A stretch of DNA of 64,000 bases from contig NC_087245.1 of NCBI RefSeq assembly GCF_037042905.1, positions 28,088,001 through 28,152,000 of the forward strand, read 5' to 3'. The first letter of the stretch is position 1; every line of letters starts with the position of its first letter. A model generated the notes under the pieces. It worked only from the letters and a program-made list of their open reading frames with translations. It made no database searches and had not been told where the DNA came from. Origin of the DNA: Lytechinus pictus. Lineage: Eukaryota. Made by a program: the position numbers and the translations under genes. This document shows, piece by piece, positions 12,401-23,709 of the stretch.

Positions 12401-15400
12401 TATCATCAACAATTCGAATCATTGTGACTGTTCATGAGAAAGAGCTAGAGATACAAGTCATTGCACCAACAGAATACTGCATGATTGAAGGATTATCGGG
12501 ACTTCTTTCTTCCTGCAACACCCCTGGTGAACTTTCAGATACATCATGTACTCTTTCTAGGAATGGCAGTACATCAAGCAACCAAAGTAGTAGTAACTGC
12601 TCTTTTAACGGCACACAGAGCAGCATTGATAACTATACATCTAGATTCATTGCACAAGAGATATACAATTCCGAATATGAGTCTCACCTAAACCTGCTAC
12701 CAACTCAGGGTGCTGGCTACTTCCTCTTCTTCAAGGACAGTATTGTTGTTTCTGCAGAGATGTGGAATTTCCCAACAGAGCTTTTTACTCTTGAAATGTA
12801 TGTTCTACCGCTAAGTGTTGATGGGGTTCTCCTGTCATATGGGACCAGTCAAGGGATATTTGCTTTACTTCTGTCCAACACCAGTCTCCAGGTATCTTAT
12901 GGAACCGCCTTGTATGACCTTGACCTTTATGTTGAGCTAGACGTGTGGCAGCAGATCACTCTTGTTTGGCATCAAAGTACCTTAATCCTGGAAATATATC
13001 TCTTCGATCTACAAGGTTCGATTAGAGTTAATGCTATACAGTTCCAATCAGCCATTTTCCATCTTGGAGGACATCTTGCATTAGGGCAATGGTATGCCCA
13101 TGTACCGTTTGATGCTCCAGCTCTACCAGCAGTTCCATTTGAAGGTGGCTTGGATGAAATCAGATTATGGACAAGGAGGACCAATCCATCTGTAGTTAGA
13201 TCAAGCTGGAAGTTCAATGCTGATGTGAATACACCAGACCTTACAAACCTGTGGAAGATGAATTCTGGAGTTGGGGATACTATTGTAGATGTAATTGGAG
13301 ACTACAACCTTAAGCCTGTGGATACCCATCTTGCATCATGGCAGATATCAGAGGATATCTACACCAGTAGAAATATTTTACCCTTTATCTTCCCTGTCTT
13401 CCGCACAGCCAATCTATCAGACCTGGCTCATACGCTTTGTCATCAAATATTTCTGCAAGGTCAGTTGTTTGAAAATTGTCAAGAACTTGATGACATTTTC
13501 TTCTCAAAATATCATACACAATGCTTATATGACATTTCTTTCCAATCTGATGTCAATGCTGCTATCCAGGCCACAATTGCCTTTGCAGATATATGTTTCC
13601 ATGAACTGACCTTGACAAGTTGGCCAGCACAATACCTTTGTAATACCTTCCAAGATAGAGATTTCCCATACTGGATTGGAAGCGAGTGCGACATCCCATG
13701 CTTGTTTGGAAAAAGGAATGATACAAACAGTGATATCTGCGAATGTGAAGTTGGCTACTGGAAAGATGACTGCAGTAGTCCCTGTCCTGGTGGTATCATC
13801 AACCCGTGCTCAGGACATGGATTGTGTGATAAACAGACAGGTCATTGCTCCTGTGATATTCACTGGTTGGGAAAAGTCAGCGACATGGAATATTATCCAT
13901 GCAATGAATGCTCTGAGGGGTGGATTGGCACTGATTGTTCTACAACCACTATTTACCACAACTTGACTGATACCAGAAATGAAGCAGTTGCCATCTTTTC
14001 GAGTGGTGCACATGTCACAATGTTCGATGGAGCAAGCTTACAGTTTGATATCCCTGGATTATTCAGTCTACTTTCTACAGCACGTTGCAGGATCAGCATA
14101 TTTGTGAAACCATGTAATGGTAGGACAGCCTGCCGTGAACTTGCAGAAGTATACATCTCCAGTGGGGAACAGCAGTTGTCTGTAAGAACTCATGGCAGTT
14201 CACTCCTTGTGACACTGTACTTTCAAGAAGTATGGACAGAAATGAGTGTTGGATCACAGCAGACCATGAGATTCGGGATTGGAGTTGACTTCAAGGAAAG
14301 TGGATTCATTTCTATCACTGTGATTGATGGCCTCACCATTGACGTAACACTATACGCAAATATGATGTCAGTGGTCTTATACATTCCTGAGAACATTGAG
14401 ACAGGACCTGATTCTCTTCTAGGATCCTGGGATTTTAACTGGCTCAATGATATCAATGTGGGCTATCCCTCTGCCGGAAATGATCTCGATTGGCTTCCTA
14501 TCAATTCCACATATTTTCAGGAATCAGTCTATTCTCAGGAATACATCAACAGCTTCATTGCCAAGTTCTACAGGATCGCTGTTGATGAGGTGAATTTCCA
14601 GCATCCCATGGCAGCAGCATTCACGAGTGGCAGTTTCATGCTACGCTTCCAAAATGGAATGTTAACTTTCATCGATCTTCCTTTGCTGGTTCTCAATCAG
14701 TTCAGTCTTCAGTTTTGGATCCGTGTTCATGACACAACCAGAGCGCATCAAACAGTACTCACATGGCACTCAAGGAGTCTGGTTGTTCATCTGGAAAAAA
14801 CAAACATAGTTGTAACTATTAACAATCGTGTCATCCGTACTACTCTATCTCTTTCAAGTGATGTCTGGTTCCACCTGGTAGTAACATGGAGAAACTATGA
14901 TGGAAGATTGATTTTGTATTTGTACAACTCCAATATTGATCTAACTTCTACTTTCCTTGTGTTTGGTGTCTCAACTGCACAACATCTTGAACTGCCTCAA
15001 ACTTTATCGATTGGACAATCCTCTAACGACCAAGGCACTTCACTTGGTGGAGACATTGATCAAATCATCCTTCAAAACAAACATATCAATGATGCCATTG
15101 CCAAGAAAATGAGGGATATCTACACAGATGAACTTTCAGAGGACATAGTGTTGGCAATTCCTCTTCAGGAAGGGATCGGTAATGAAACCATATCGAGAGG
15201 TCAGAATGGTTCTCAATTTGTTGGGCGTCTTGAAGGATTAACTGTACCACAATGGATGCCATCAGATGCACCCTTTTCTATATTACCTGACTATGCACCA
15301 GACTTCATACCTGAGGAATTTGAAAAAGAGTCATTCCAAATCTGTGAGATGATGTTCTTTGAGGGTCCACTCTACAGCAATTGCCGTGACCTTGAAAGCA

Positions 15401-15951
15401 CACATCATTTCTACTACGAGTCCTGTCTCGAAGACATTGCAGCAACGGGTAATCTCAAAGCTGGCAACATATCGGCAAATATGTTTGCTATTCTCTGTAA
15501 AGAAGCTTTGAACATCCCAGAGGTTCAGCTGTGTGGGTTTTACAATTACTGTCGTTACGAATCTTCAAGCCTTCTATGGTGGTGGTGGATACTACTGCTC
15601 ATTCTGCTCATTCTGCTCATCCTTATCACCATTGGTGTTTGTTTCTACCGGAAGTTTCAAAAAAATCATCCTGGAGGTCGATCAGATGGTACAGTGATGA
15701 GTGCCAAAGAGACGGACACGGATCAAGGCCCATGTCAAGGTGTATCCAGTTCATCAGGTTTTGTGTTTGGTGAACAAGCCAATGATGATTCCAGAAACAT
15801 CAAGGACCTTCTAGTAAAAAATTCAGAAGCTAAGTATGATATAGAGATGAGTGCCATAAAGACCGACAAAGATGGAGATTTTGTCTTTGCTGGACCATCT
15901 TATGCTGATAGTCAACACACTGATGAATCTGAAGATGATTTCCTTCATTAA
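9435..15951 (+). CDS. Same gene, terminal coding exon F (6.5 kb): three further super-modules, transmembrane helix, cytoplasmic tail, stop
   Basis: Acceptor ttccatttgtag|A completes an Arg codon, and the frame is open to TAA at 15949-15951. CPGG EGF clusters at about 10003, 11875 and 13783. VWD TFDG/MFDG motifs at about 10230, 12090 and 14020. Hydrophobic LLWWWWILLLILLILLILITIGVCFY at about 15571-15648, followed by RKFQK. Confidence 0.93.
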
Positions 15952-17457
15952 CTGAATGATTTGTGTAAATGACTGGTTTTGAATTCATAGACATATCCGT
16001 GTATTCATGATGGCTACATTAATTTTGCAGTTTTTTTTAACTTATTCATTTTTCCCCAATTTTTCATTATTTCACTTGTATGCAATCATGCAATTACATT
16101 TTTTTACAATCTATGAAAACCATCTTTTGTATATTAAAATGATTGTAATAATTTTAATTTTGATAAGATACCTTTGTATCTGTCCTTGATTTTCTAACAT
16201 TGAATGTAAATTTGTATTCCTTGATATATGTTTTCCTAATCTTTCAAAACTTATATGGTGGAGTTTTTTTCAGTTACATACATGTATATAACCAGGATTC
16301 GTCGTATTTCACAAATGTGTCTAATGTTTTCTTTATTTTTTGTTTGGGGGCTGTTTTTGTTTCTATACAGTTGGACATGTATGAATAATGAGATTGGTAG
16401 GATTTGAATTGTATTTTGTTTTCATTTTTCATTACATACTTTTTGTATATAACATACAATTTGAATAACTTTTCAGAAAGCTTGAGCAGATTGGATATTT
16501 CTATGTTATTTTCTTGAAATGTTCTTTTTTTTTAATGAAATTACAGTGCAAAATCCACTTTGGCAGACAAAAGGTGCCCCTCCACTTTCTTTGTCCAAGC
16601 CTGACATTCCGCCGCCTCAGCTTACATCTCGTAGGAGAATTAACAACAAAAAAATATTTTTAGAACTGTGAATCTAAACAAGAACGAGTTGATTAGATGT
16701 TATGTAATTTTCATTTATTTTCAGATGCCCTTATAAATTCTTTGGTTTGGAATTAGTGTGAACAAACTTTTTTTTTTAGTTTACAATTTCCTTAAACTTT
16801 CCCCCAATCATTTTGATGTAAAAAAAAAACCTCTTATGTGGTGATTTCTGAGTATAACAAGTTGAGAGATTCCCACTGATCTGTGTTGTATAGCTTTAGA
16901 GATATACAAAATCATTGAACAAAATCATAGCAGTCATGGTATTTCATTTCTACATGTATAACCAATTCATATGAATACATCTGTGACAACACACTTATGT
17001 TATTTTGTTAGCTGTTTGGAAGTTTTAAAGTGTGATATTTTAAATATGTTACATGAATGGGTTAATTAATGGCATGCCCTCTGGTAGCATGCCGCTTACT
17101 AAAAATGTGATCACCACTTGCTGATGAAAAGACCACACTTGAAAGAATAAGGTGTTTCCCCCACAGTGTGAAACACAATGTGAAATTACCTTCACACTGA
17201 TGAATATGAACATTTTAAAATGTGACTCGCGTTTTAACATAGTCCACAGTATGAAGTTACATGTATATTCACACTGTTAAATATCAGCATTCTAACAGTG
17301 AATCATTTTCTCATATTCCACACTGTGAACACTGTGTGTTTCACATATTCCAAACTGTGAACACAGTGTGTGACCCTGTTCTTTCCAGCAGGTGTACACC
17401 ACACACACATCACATAGGTGGAATAAACATGTGGCTGTTGTATACGTCAACAGCTAT

Positions 17458-18247
17458 GGGGCCCGTTTGCAATCAAGCAAAACTTTAACAATCAAATGCA
17501 ACATGATTCTTCAAACAATGAAACATGTGTATTGGGGACTTGCGCTTGATTTCTTGATTTGCTTTCAAAGGCAAGCATTTCTGAAACAGGCGCCTGGAGG
17601 CCCAAGGTCTTTAGGCATTCAGGATATAGAACACTGGTATGGTATCCCAGTATGGGGCATTATGTACTGGTCAGTACCATGTGATGGCTCGACCGTCTTG
17701 AATGTGCAATGTCTAAGGATTGAGATGAAGATATGCCACTGGCCCATATACTGAAGTCCAGTCTAACTTAGGCCATGGTCTAACTCTTTGTAAAATTATT
17801 GGAAGCCAAAAATATCAAAAATTATGTCTACATTCTATATTTTGTATGCTTACTGTGCTTTTTCTCCATGCTTTAGTGGTGAATAAGCTGCGTTAGCTAT
17901 TATTTTAAGACAATTATGAGATGTTCACATGAAAAATGAGTTGGTAAATTCAACCTGTATTGTGAAAGATTTCTGTCACATTTACGATTTACGACCAGAG
18001 TGTAACATAACTCAGAGTTCAGAATATTTGCCTTAGAGTCCTTTTTAGTGGCCTGTTTCATGAACGTTTCGTAATTCCCGCCTGACGCCATTTCTATGGA
18101 AAGCCAAGCTAGACAATACACATAATGGACAAAATACAATGCATTGAATTTGCATGTAGAAGGCATATCACAGCAATTGTTGTCCAACTTGGCTTTCCAT
18201 AAAGATTGTTTTGAGCTTGAGTTCTGACGTTTTCATGAGACAGGCCC
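17458..18247. mobile_element. Cluster of small PIF/Harbinger-like MITE relics
   Basis: The clearest unit is ~18049-18247, with TIRs GGCCTGTTTCATGAA / TTCATGAGACAGGCC and TAG/CAG flanks. Weaker units lie at ~17458-17595 and ~17741-18032. Confidence 0.5.
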
Positions 18248-18360
18248 CAGTCATCAAAATTGATCCTCTATCCCAGGCCTAAGTTTAAAAAAAAAACAAG
18301 CTATGAACTTCATTGACTTAAAATATATCCACATCAGCAATAGATATTGATCAGTCAAAT

Positions 18361-18448
18361 TCTGGATTTAGATTAAAATCCTAAAGATTCCATTTTAAAT
18401 CTGGAATTATTTGGATTCATATCGTAAAGATTTTAATCTAAATCCAGA
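18361..18448. repeat. Perfect 20-bp inverted repeat with 48-bp spacer
   Basis: TCTGGATTTAGATTAAAATC (18361-18380) and GATTTTAATCTAAATCCAGA (18429-18448). Confidence 0.8.
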
Positions 18449-18554
18449 TTTTCAACTGTCATTATTTGCAGCAGAGATTTGGATTTATTTTCAACCCTTT
18501 CCAATCCCGCATACACTACAAAGTACTTCTATTCGCATACCAATGTTTTCCATC

Positions 18555-18910
18555 AGTTTGCTCCATTGTATCTCATTGAATTGTTAACACCATATAAACC
18601 TGACAGAATGCTACGTTCAAGTAAAAAGTCATTAGTACAGGTCCCACATACTGTGACAAAGTCATATGGGGAAAGATCATTTTTACATGCAGCTGCTATT
18701 TCATGGAATAATCTGCCAGAATATCTTAGAAATATACAACCATACGAAAAGTTTAGAAATAGCTTGAAAACACATTTATTCACCATTTTGTAAACAATTA
18801 ATGTAAGAACCCAGTGCTCTCCACTCCTTCTGTAAAAAGTGCTTAGAGACATGCAACTTTGCTTATGTACTTTGCGCTATACAAAAACGTTTCATTATTA
18901 TTATTATTAT
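18555..18910 (+). mobile_element. 5'-truncated CR1/L2-group LINE 3' end (ORF2 C-terminus, 3' UTR, (ATT)n tail)
   Basis: Translates to APLYLIELLTPYKPDRMLRSS...YGERSFLHAAAISWNNLPEYLR...FRNSLKTHLF, typical of the L2-type ORF2 C-terminus. Followed by ...gcgctatacaaaa and an (ATT)n microsatellite tail. Confidence 0.85.
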
Positions 18911-19377
18911 TGATGATTTGTGAATCCCTATGTTGCCTGCATAAAAACCTATTCATGGGCCTATCAATCATATAAACGGAATTGCCAGCAAACCAGCATC
19001 TCCTGTGTGAGAATACCTAGATAAGAAACTCCTTTGGTTTTGAGAGATAGACTTCCAGATTTTGTATAACTACCTGACGTTATTAGATAAAAATATTGCT
19101 TACGTTTTGCTGCACTTATTTCCCCCTTTTTAATATTTGGATGTGCCTGTAATCACAGAATAATCTTTCATGTAATTTTATGACGACTTTTACTTTTTGT
19201 GTGTGTGTGTTTGTTGATTGGGCGTATTTACTCAGATTCATATATACATGGTCCATATCATTGCTTTAAAGTTAGAAGTTAAAAAAATGAGGTGCAAAAC
19301 TCATGTAACTTGCACCTCTCAGTATATGATTATGGTTTTCATTTATTTTGTATGTTTGAGTTATCTTTTCACGGATT

Positions 19378-20715
19378 AAGTAATCCAAATCGAGAGGGCT
19401 GAACTTCGGATCTTATCTTGGTAAATATTATAATCTCTACTCAAATTAATACCAATCAAATGAACATTACTATGTCACCAGTCATCCATCCTTTTCCCGT
19501 TAAACCGTATATTATGGAGCAGTTTCCAATAGCCTTTTCCTTTGTCTGTTTCTTGAAATTCAATGTTGATCTTTTATTGGATTGTATTTTTTAATGTTAT
19601 ATATTTGTTGTTTTAGTGTATGCCCTTTTGATTTATGTATTCATTCTTTGTAAATATTGATCTTTATCTCAGGGCCCTCAAGGACAGCAGTTTGATAACT
19701 GATGAGGCCACCCTGATTAAATAAAACTGAAAATAAAAATAAATAAATATTTAATTTTGTGAAATTATTCGGCATGGACATAATGAGAAACTCATCAGTT
19801 TTCTATTGATACCCTATTTGTGCCACCAATGACCGAATTATTTGATGTTGAAGACAACATGTGCAGATACCAATTTTTCCTAGTAATTTTTGGAATGAAG
19901 TGTTACTTGAGGCATTTCACTGAAATGATGAGTGATAGATTAATGTCTTATCATGGACCTGGTCTTATTCACCCACACCTTCAACATGTCTCCTCTCCTT
20001 TGAAATCAAAGCCGGAAGCGTGGAAGGATATCTTGGACAGCTCGTCTCACCAATGGCAAAGCCGGATCATTGTGCAAAGCATCCACCTCATATCGAATTC
20101 GGCCCTGCAAGTCATCAAGATCTTGGGGAGGAGTTGCGAAAACCTTATTTTTAAGTGTCCCCAAAGGAAATAATCACAGGGTGTGCTGTCAGGCGATCTA
20201 GTTGGCCGTTCAATGTCATGGTTGAGGGCAACAATTTAATGTCCAAAGCATTCTCTGAATCTATCAGGAATGATGTTGGAACGATGGGCAGGAGAGACGT
20301 CCTGAATCCACCAAAGATGCCTGCACACTCCTCACAACCGTCTCTCAAAATGTTGGTCCAAATGTGGTACGATCGCCTCGTTAATGATGTGCAAGTACAT
20401 TCACTTATTTACACTCCTTTGGAAGAAATAGGGTCCAATCAAAAGATTTTTGCCAGCTCAGGCATCGATGAAAGTATTTACATCAGCCTTTGCCTTTCAT
20501 CAAGTTTTCAAAAACTTGGAAAAAGTGGTCTCTGCATCTTTTGTCTTCAATATCAATTAATTCGGCCATGCGTAACGCAAATGGCACGAGGAGGGTATCA
20601 ATGGAAAGTTGATGAATTTTTCTTTCATGTTCATGCACAATAATGTCACAAAATTAAACATGATTCGAATATCAGCCCTTTAAATTTTGATTACCTTTTT
20701 TCTGAAACGCACTGT
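19378..20715 (-). mobile_element. Decayed, internally deleted Tc1/mariner-superfamily element, DD41D (rosa/Visitor-type), with ~200-bp imperfect TIRs
   Basis: Minus strand ~20390-19980 translates to LWWIQDVSPAHR...RPTRSPDSTPCDYFLWGHLKNKVF with stop codons and 41 residues between the two Asp. The right terminus reads TA-CAGTGCGTTTCAGAAAA on the minus strand. ~19750-19892 plus 19378-19416 mirror ~20510-20700. Confidence 0.85.
19430..19750 (+). mobile_element. LINE-like 3' UTR fragment with A-rich tail inserted in the left TIR of the DD41D element
   Basis: T-rich UTR, then gggccctcaaggacagcagtttgataactgatgaggccaccctg and a (TAAA)n-like tail. It interrupts the TIR homology. Confidence 0.55.
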
Positions 20716-21467
20716 ATATTGATGAATAAGACTGCTCTTATTATCGAATTGATGAGTTCAGAAAAAAGCAAAATATCGTTCAGAATATCAATATTCACTC
20801 TGAATCCCTTAAGGTTGGTAATCAATCCTGAAAGATTAGAAGGAAATAAAAGATGAAAGAATTTGATAATTTCTACCCTTGAATCCTTGCTCTCTTTTGA
20901 TACAAAAAAATTATACCCAAGTGCATAGTTACTATAACATATATAGTTTCTTTTTTATCAATTTCAATGGTTTTGAATGGTTTTCTGATTGGTACAGTGT
21001 AAAAAAAGTAAAGAATGTGTATGCAAAGTATTAATATGCTTTTACTTGCATGTTCTTTCTAATTTTCACATGTAAATTACAAAAATTAGCATATGTAAGC
21101 ATGATTTGACAGTTTCCATTTGATGTATTAGTTGAATTTGAAAATTACATCTTCATTGTTCAGGTCTACCTTTCTAGAGTCCATGCATGTATTAAACTTT
21201 GTTTTCATTTGTTTCATTTGCACCCGATACCTCTGCATGAATCTTATTGCGGGAGATGTGCTGAGAAAATTTATATACATTGCAATCCATGAAAAAATGA
21301 TGTACTGCTGATTTTTCTTCAAAATTTCATTTGAATTTGATAAGTATAGGATTGCTCATTCATGTATTAGTATTTACAGTAGCTTTAGATCACAGAAAAC
21401 TTTAAATTTCTTTTCTCCTAAAAGGTGCATGTTTCTATCCCTACCTCCAAAAGTGTGCACATATGCG

Positions 21468-21872
21468 CAGAGCCCTGGGAACGATTTTATTTTGGCTGGG
21501 GTGCTGAAGTTAATTCAACAAGCAAAAAAAGGGGGTTTCACTACAAAATGAAGGTCGTTTTGGTCCCAAGAAATTTGACAACCAAAAAAAAAGGTTTCAC
21601 TACAAAGGTCGTTTTGGTCCCAATAAAAATTTACATCAAAAAATGAATAAATAAAAGCTTTCACTACAAAATGAAGCTCGTTTGGGTCCCAAGAAATTTT
21701 ACAAGCAAAAAAGGGGGGGTTCAGCAAAAAAATGTTGGTCATTTCCCTTTCATTTATCCCATTTGCCATACCTCCCAGAATTCAAGGGGGTGCTGTCTAT
21801 GGAGAATAATACACGCAGCACCCCCTGGGAAAGTCTTGGAGGTGCTTCAGCACCCCCGCTTTCCAGGGCCAT
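21468..21872 (+). mobile_element. hAT-like MITE with three internal ~60-bp tandem units
   Basis: Ends CAGAGCCCTGGGAACG / CGCTTTCCAGGGCCATG with GGGGTGCTGAAG subterminal motifs. tttcactacaaa...gtcgttttggtccca occurs three times. The flanks catatgcg/cacgtgca could be a CpG-decayed 8-bp TSD. A related inverted fragment lies at ~23890-24020. Confidence 0.65.
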
Positions 21873-23029
21873 GCACGTGCAGGGTACTTTTGAAAAAATG
21901 AAGGAAAATGTAATTTTGCAGTCCATTGTCATATATGCATTTGATTTGTCATTTAGATATTGTGTAGGGTATAATGCATTAAATGGAAATTTCTTGATTT
22001 GTTATTTATGTATGTGTATTTTTGGTTCATTTTGATACCCTTCATTGATTGAAACGTATGGGGTTTTTTCAATAAAATATTGAATTTCAATTAATACAAC
22101 CGATTGAAACATCTCATTTGTAATTGTGTATTGTCTTTTACTAAAATGAAATAAGAACCTTGAAACAAGAAACTCTGTATGAGGAATTAATGAAAGCTGA
22201 ATTGGGTATTAAGTGCAGACTATCACTTGCCATTGTGCCTTAGATTTATTTTAATAAACGGCAGTGATTAGTGACTGTCATCTATGGAGCATTAAGGGAA
22301 TACCTTCTTATTCCAAGTTCATAATCATCGTAACAGACGAGATTTGATGACACTCTAGGGTTTCTACCAAGGATTTCGGGGTATACATGAAATATTGATT
22401 AAGGAAAGTACATTGACCTTTGGTGAGAGCACGCTTTCCTTTCATTATGAAATCTTTCATATCACGTACCAGACCTGCTTGTCGCATGTTTTGGTTATTT
22501 TTTAATACTGGAATATCTGGTATTATCCGGGTAGAAATAAAACTTTTAAACTGGTAATCAGTTTTTAGTATGTATAGTATTTTCATCATTCCTGAATATT
22601 ATTGATCTGATAAAAGTAAAGACGTATTTAATCATGATCTGTTTTAAGCTATTCGTGTTGTTGGATTGATTGACCGACAAACTGAATTCTTTATAGATAT
22701 GTAGTTGGCATGCACCAGACAAGTAAACGAAATTCAGGCCTATATGTAATTTCAAAAAGAAATATTTTGCACTTTCTTTTCGAAATTTGCGAAACGAATT
22801 CAACAATATGCTCGAAGTATTTAAGCTATAGATTGACTGCAATAGAGATATTGTCTAAGAAATAGTAAATTTAAAGGGGGATTCACTGTCTAGGGCCTCT
22901 AGGCTACCTTCTCCAGCCCCCCCCCTCCCTCCCCTTCACGTTGAAAGATGTACATGCATGTGAGGATTAGATAGCCATCTTCTCCTGATATGATTACAGA
23001 GGAAGATAACGATGAAATATTGCACTTCT

Positions 23030-23498
23030 CGCTCGCAGTATAGCATTGGAGAAACAGCGGGATTTATGAACGTGCCCACATCTTCCCGCTGCATCATGCG
23101 CAAAACTGAATAATAATTAACGTACGCACATTCATAATGCTCCAACTCGGTTTGAGCGGGTAAAACACAGCTGTCCCTTCAGGACCTACCATGTAAAAAT
23201 CCATATTTAAGCTATCATCAAGCAATGGGGCCATTGGAATTTGAAATTGCTCGGAGCATTATTCAGGTTCTATATGCCTCCCCCTTTGGACATGTGACAT
23301 TTTATTGTGGGTGTTGTAACGGAACTGAGGTTGATTTTTACACAGAGCGGGAGAAAAATGAATTTTATTTGGAATAATTGGACTCTTGCACGGCGCGTTA
23401 TTATCTCCTAGTAGGAGGGTAGGTCGTCATCATGTTTTCTTGGAAATAAGCCACAACTTTCAGAGCAGGGACAGAATTAAACGGTTTGAGATCTAAAG
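23030..23498 (+). other. Probable non-coding first exon (5' UTR) of gene 2; start coordinate approximate
   Basis: Consensus donor AAG|gtaagt at 23498/23499, preceded by a relatively CpG-rich, repeat-free stretch and a C-rich upstream tract. The downstream coding exon begins with an acceptor, so an upstream exon is required. Confidence 0.45.
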
Positions 23499-23662
23499 GT
23501 AAGTTATCGTAATATTGATGATTAATGAAGTAGGATGTTAAGCGGTTTCCGATCACCATTCTGGTGTCAAATTTGCCGGAAAGTGGGCTGTCGTATCATA
23601 AAAGGATGCATTGATCTCACGGGAAGTGGAATTGCGAGTTTATCATGATATTTGATGATTTC

Positions 23663-23667
23663 TCCCC

Positions 23668-23706
<39 letters not shown>
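23663..23706. repeat. Poly-C plus (CT)n microsatellite
   Basis: Direct reading. Confidence 0.9.

Positions 23707-23709
<3 letters not shown>

Noticed and set aside
132..15773. Short antisense and alternate-frame ORFs overlapping the giant gene
   Set aside because: These are shadow ORFs of a long coding sequence with no recognisable motifs.
83..15951. Treating the six + strand ORFs as separate genes or an operon
   Set aside because: GT-AG sites with matching phases join them, and domains are split across the junctions. The listed TTG/GTG starts are not real initiation codons.
9435..15951. Naming the gene as teneurin, SVEP1, VWDE, zonadhesin, SCO-spondin or an adhesion GPCR
   Set aside because: It shares individual domains only. 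There are no YD/NHL, sushi, MAM, TSP or 7TM regions in the visible part, and the repeat order differs.
16133..16138. ATTAAA as the poly(A) signal of the giant gene
   Set aside because: Plausible but indistinguishable from background in very AT-rich sequence. It needs 3'-end data.
19820..20643. + strand ORFs of 117 aa and 162 aa
   Set aside because: They are antisense shadows of the decayed minus-strand transposase and its TIR.
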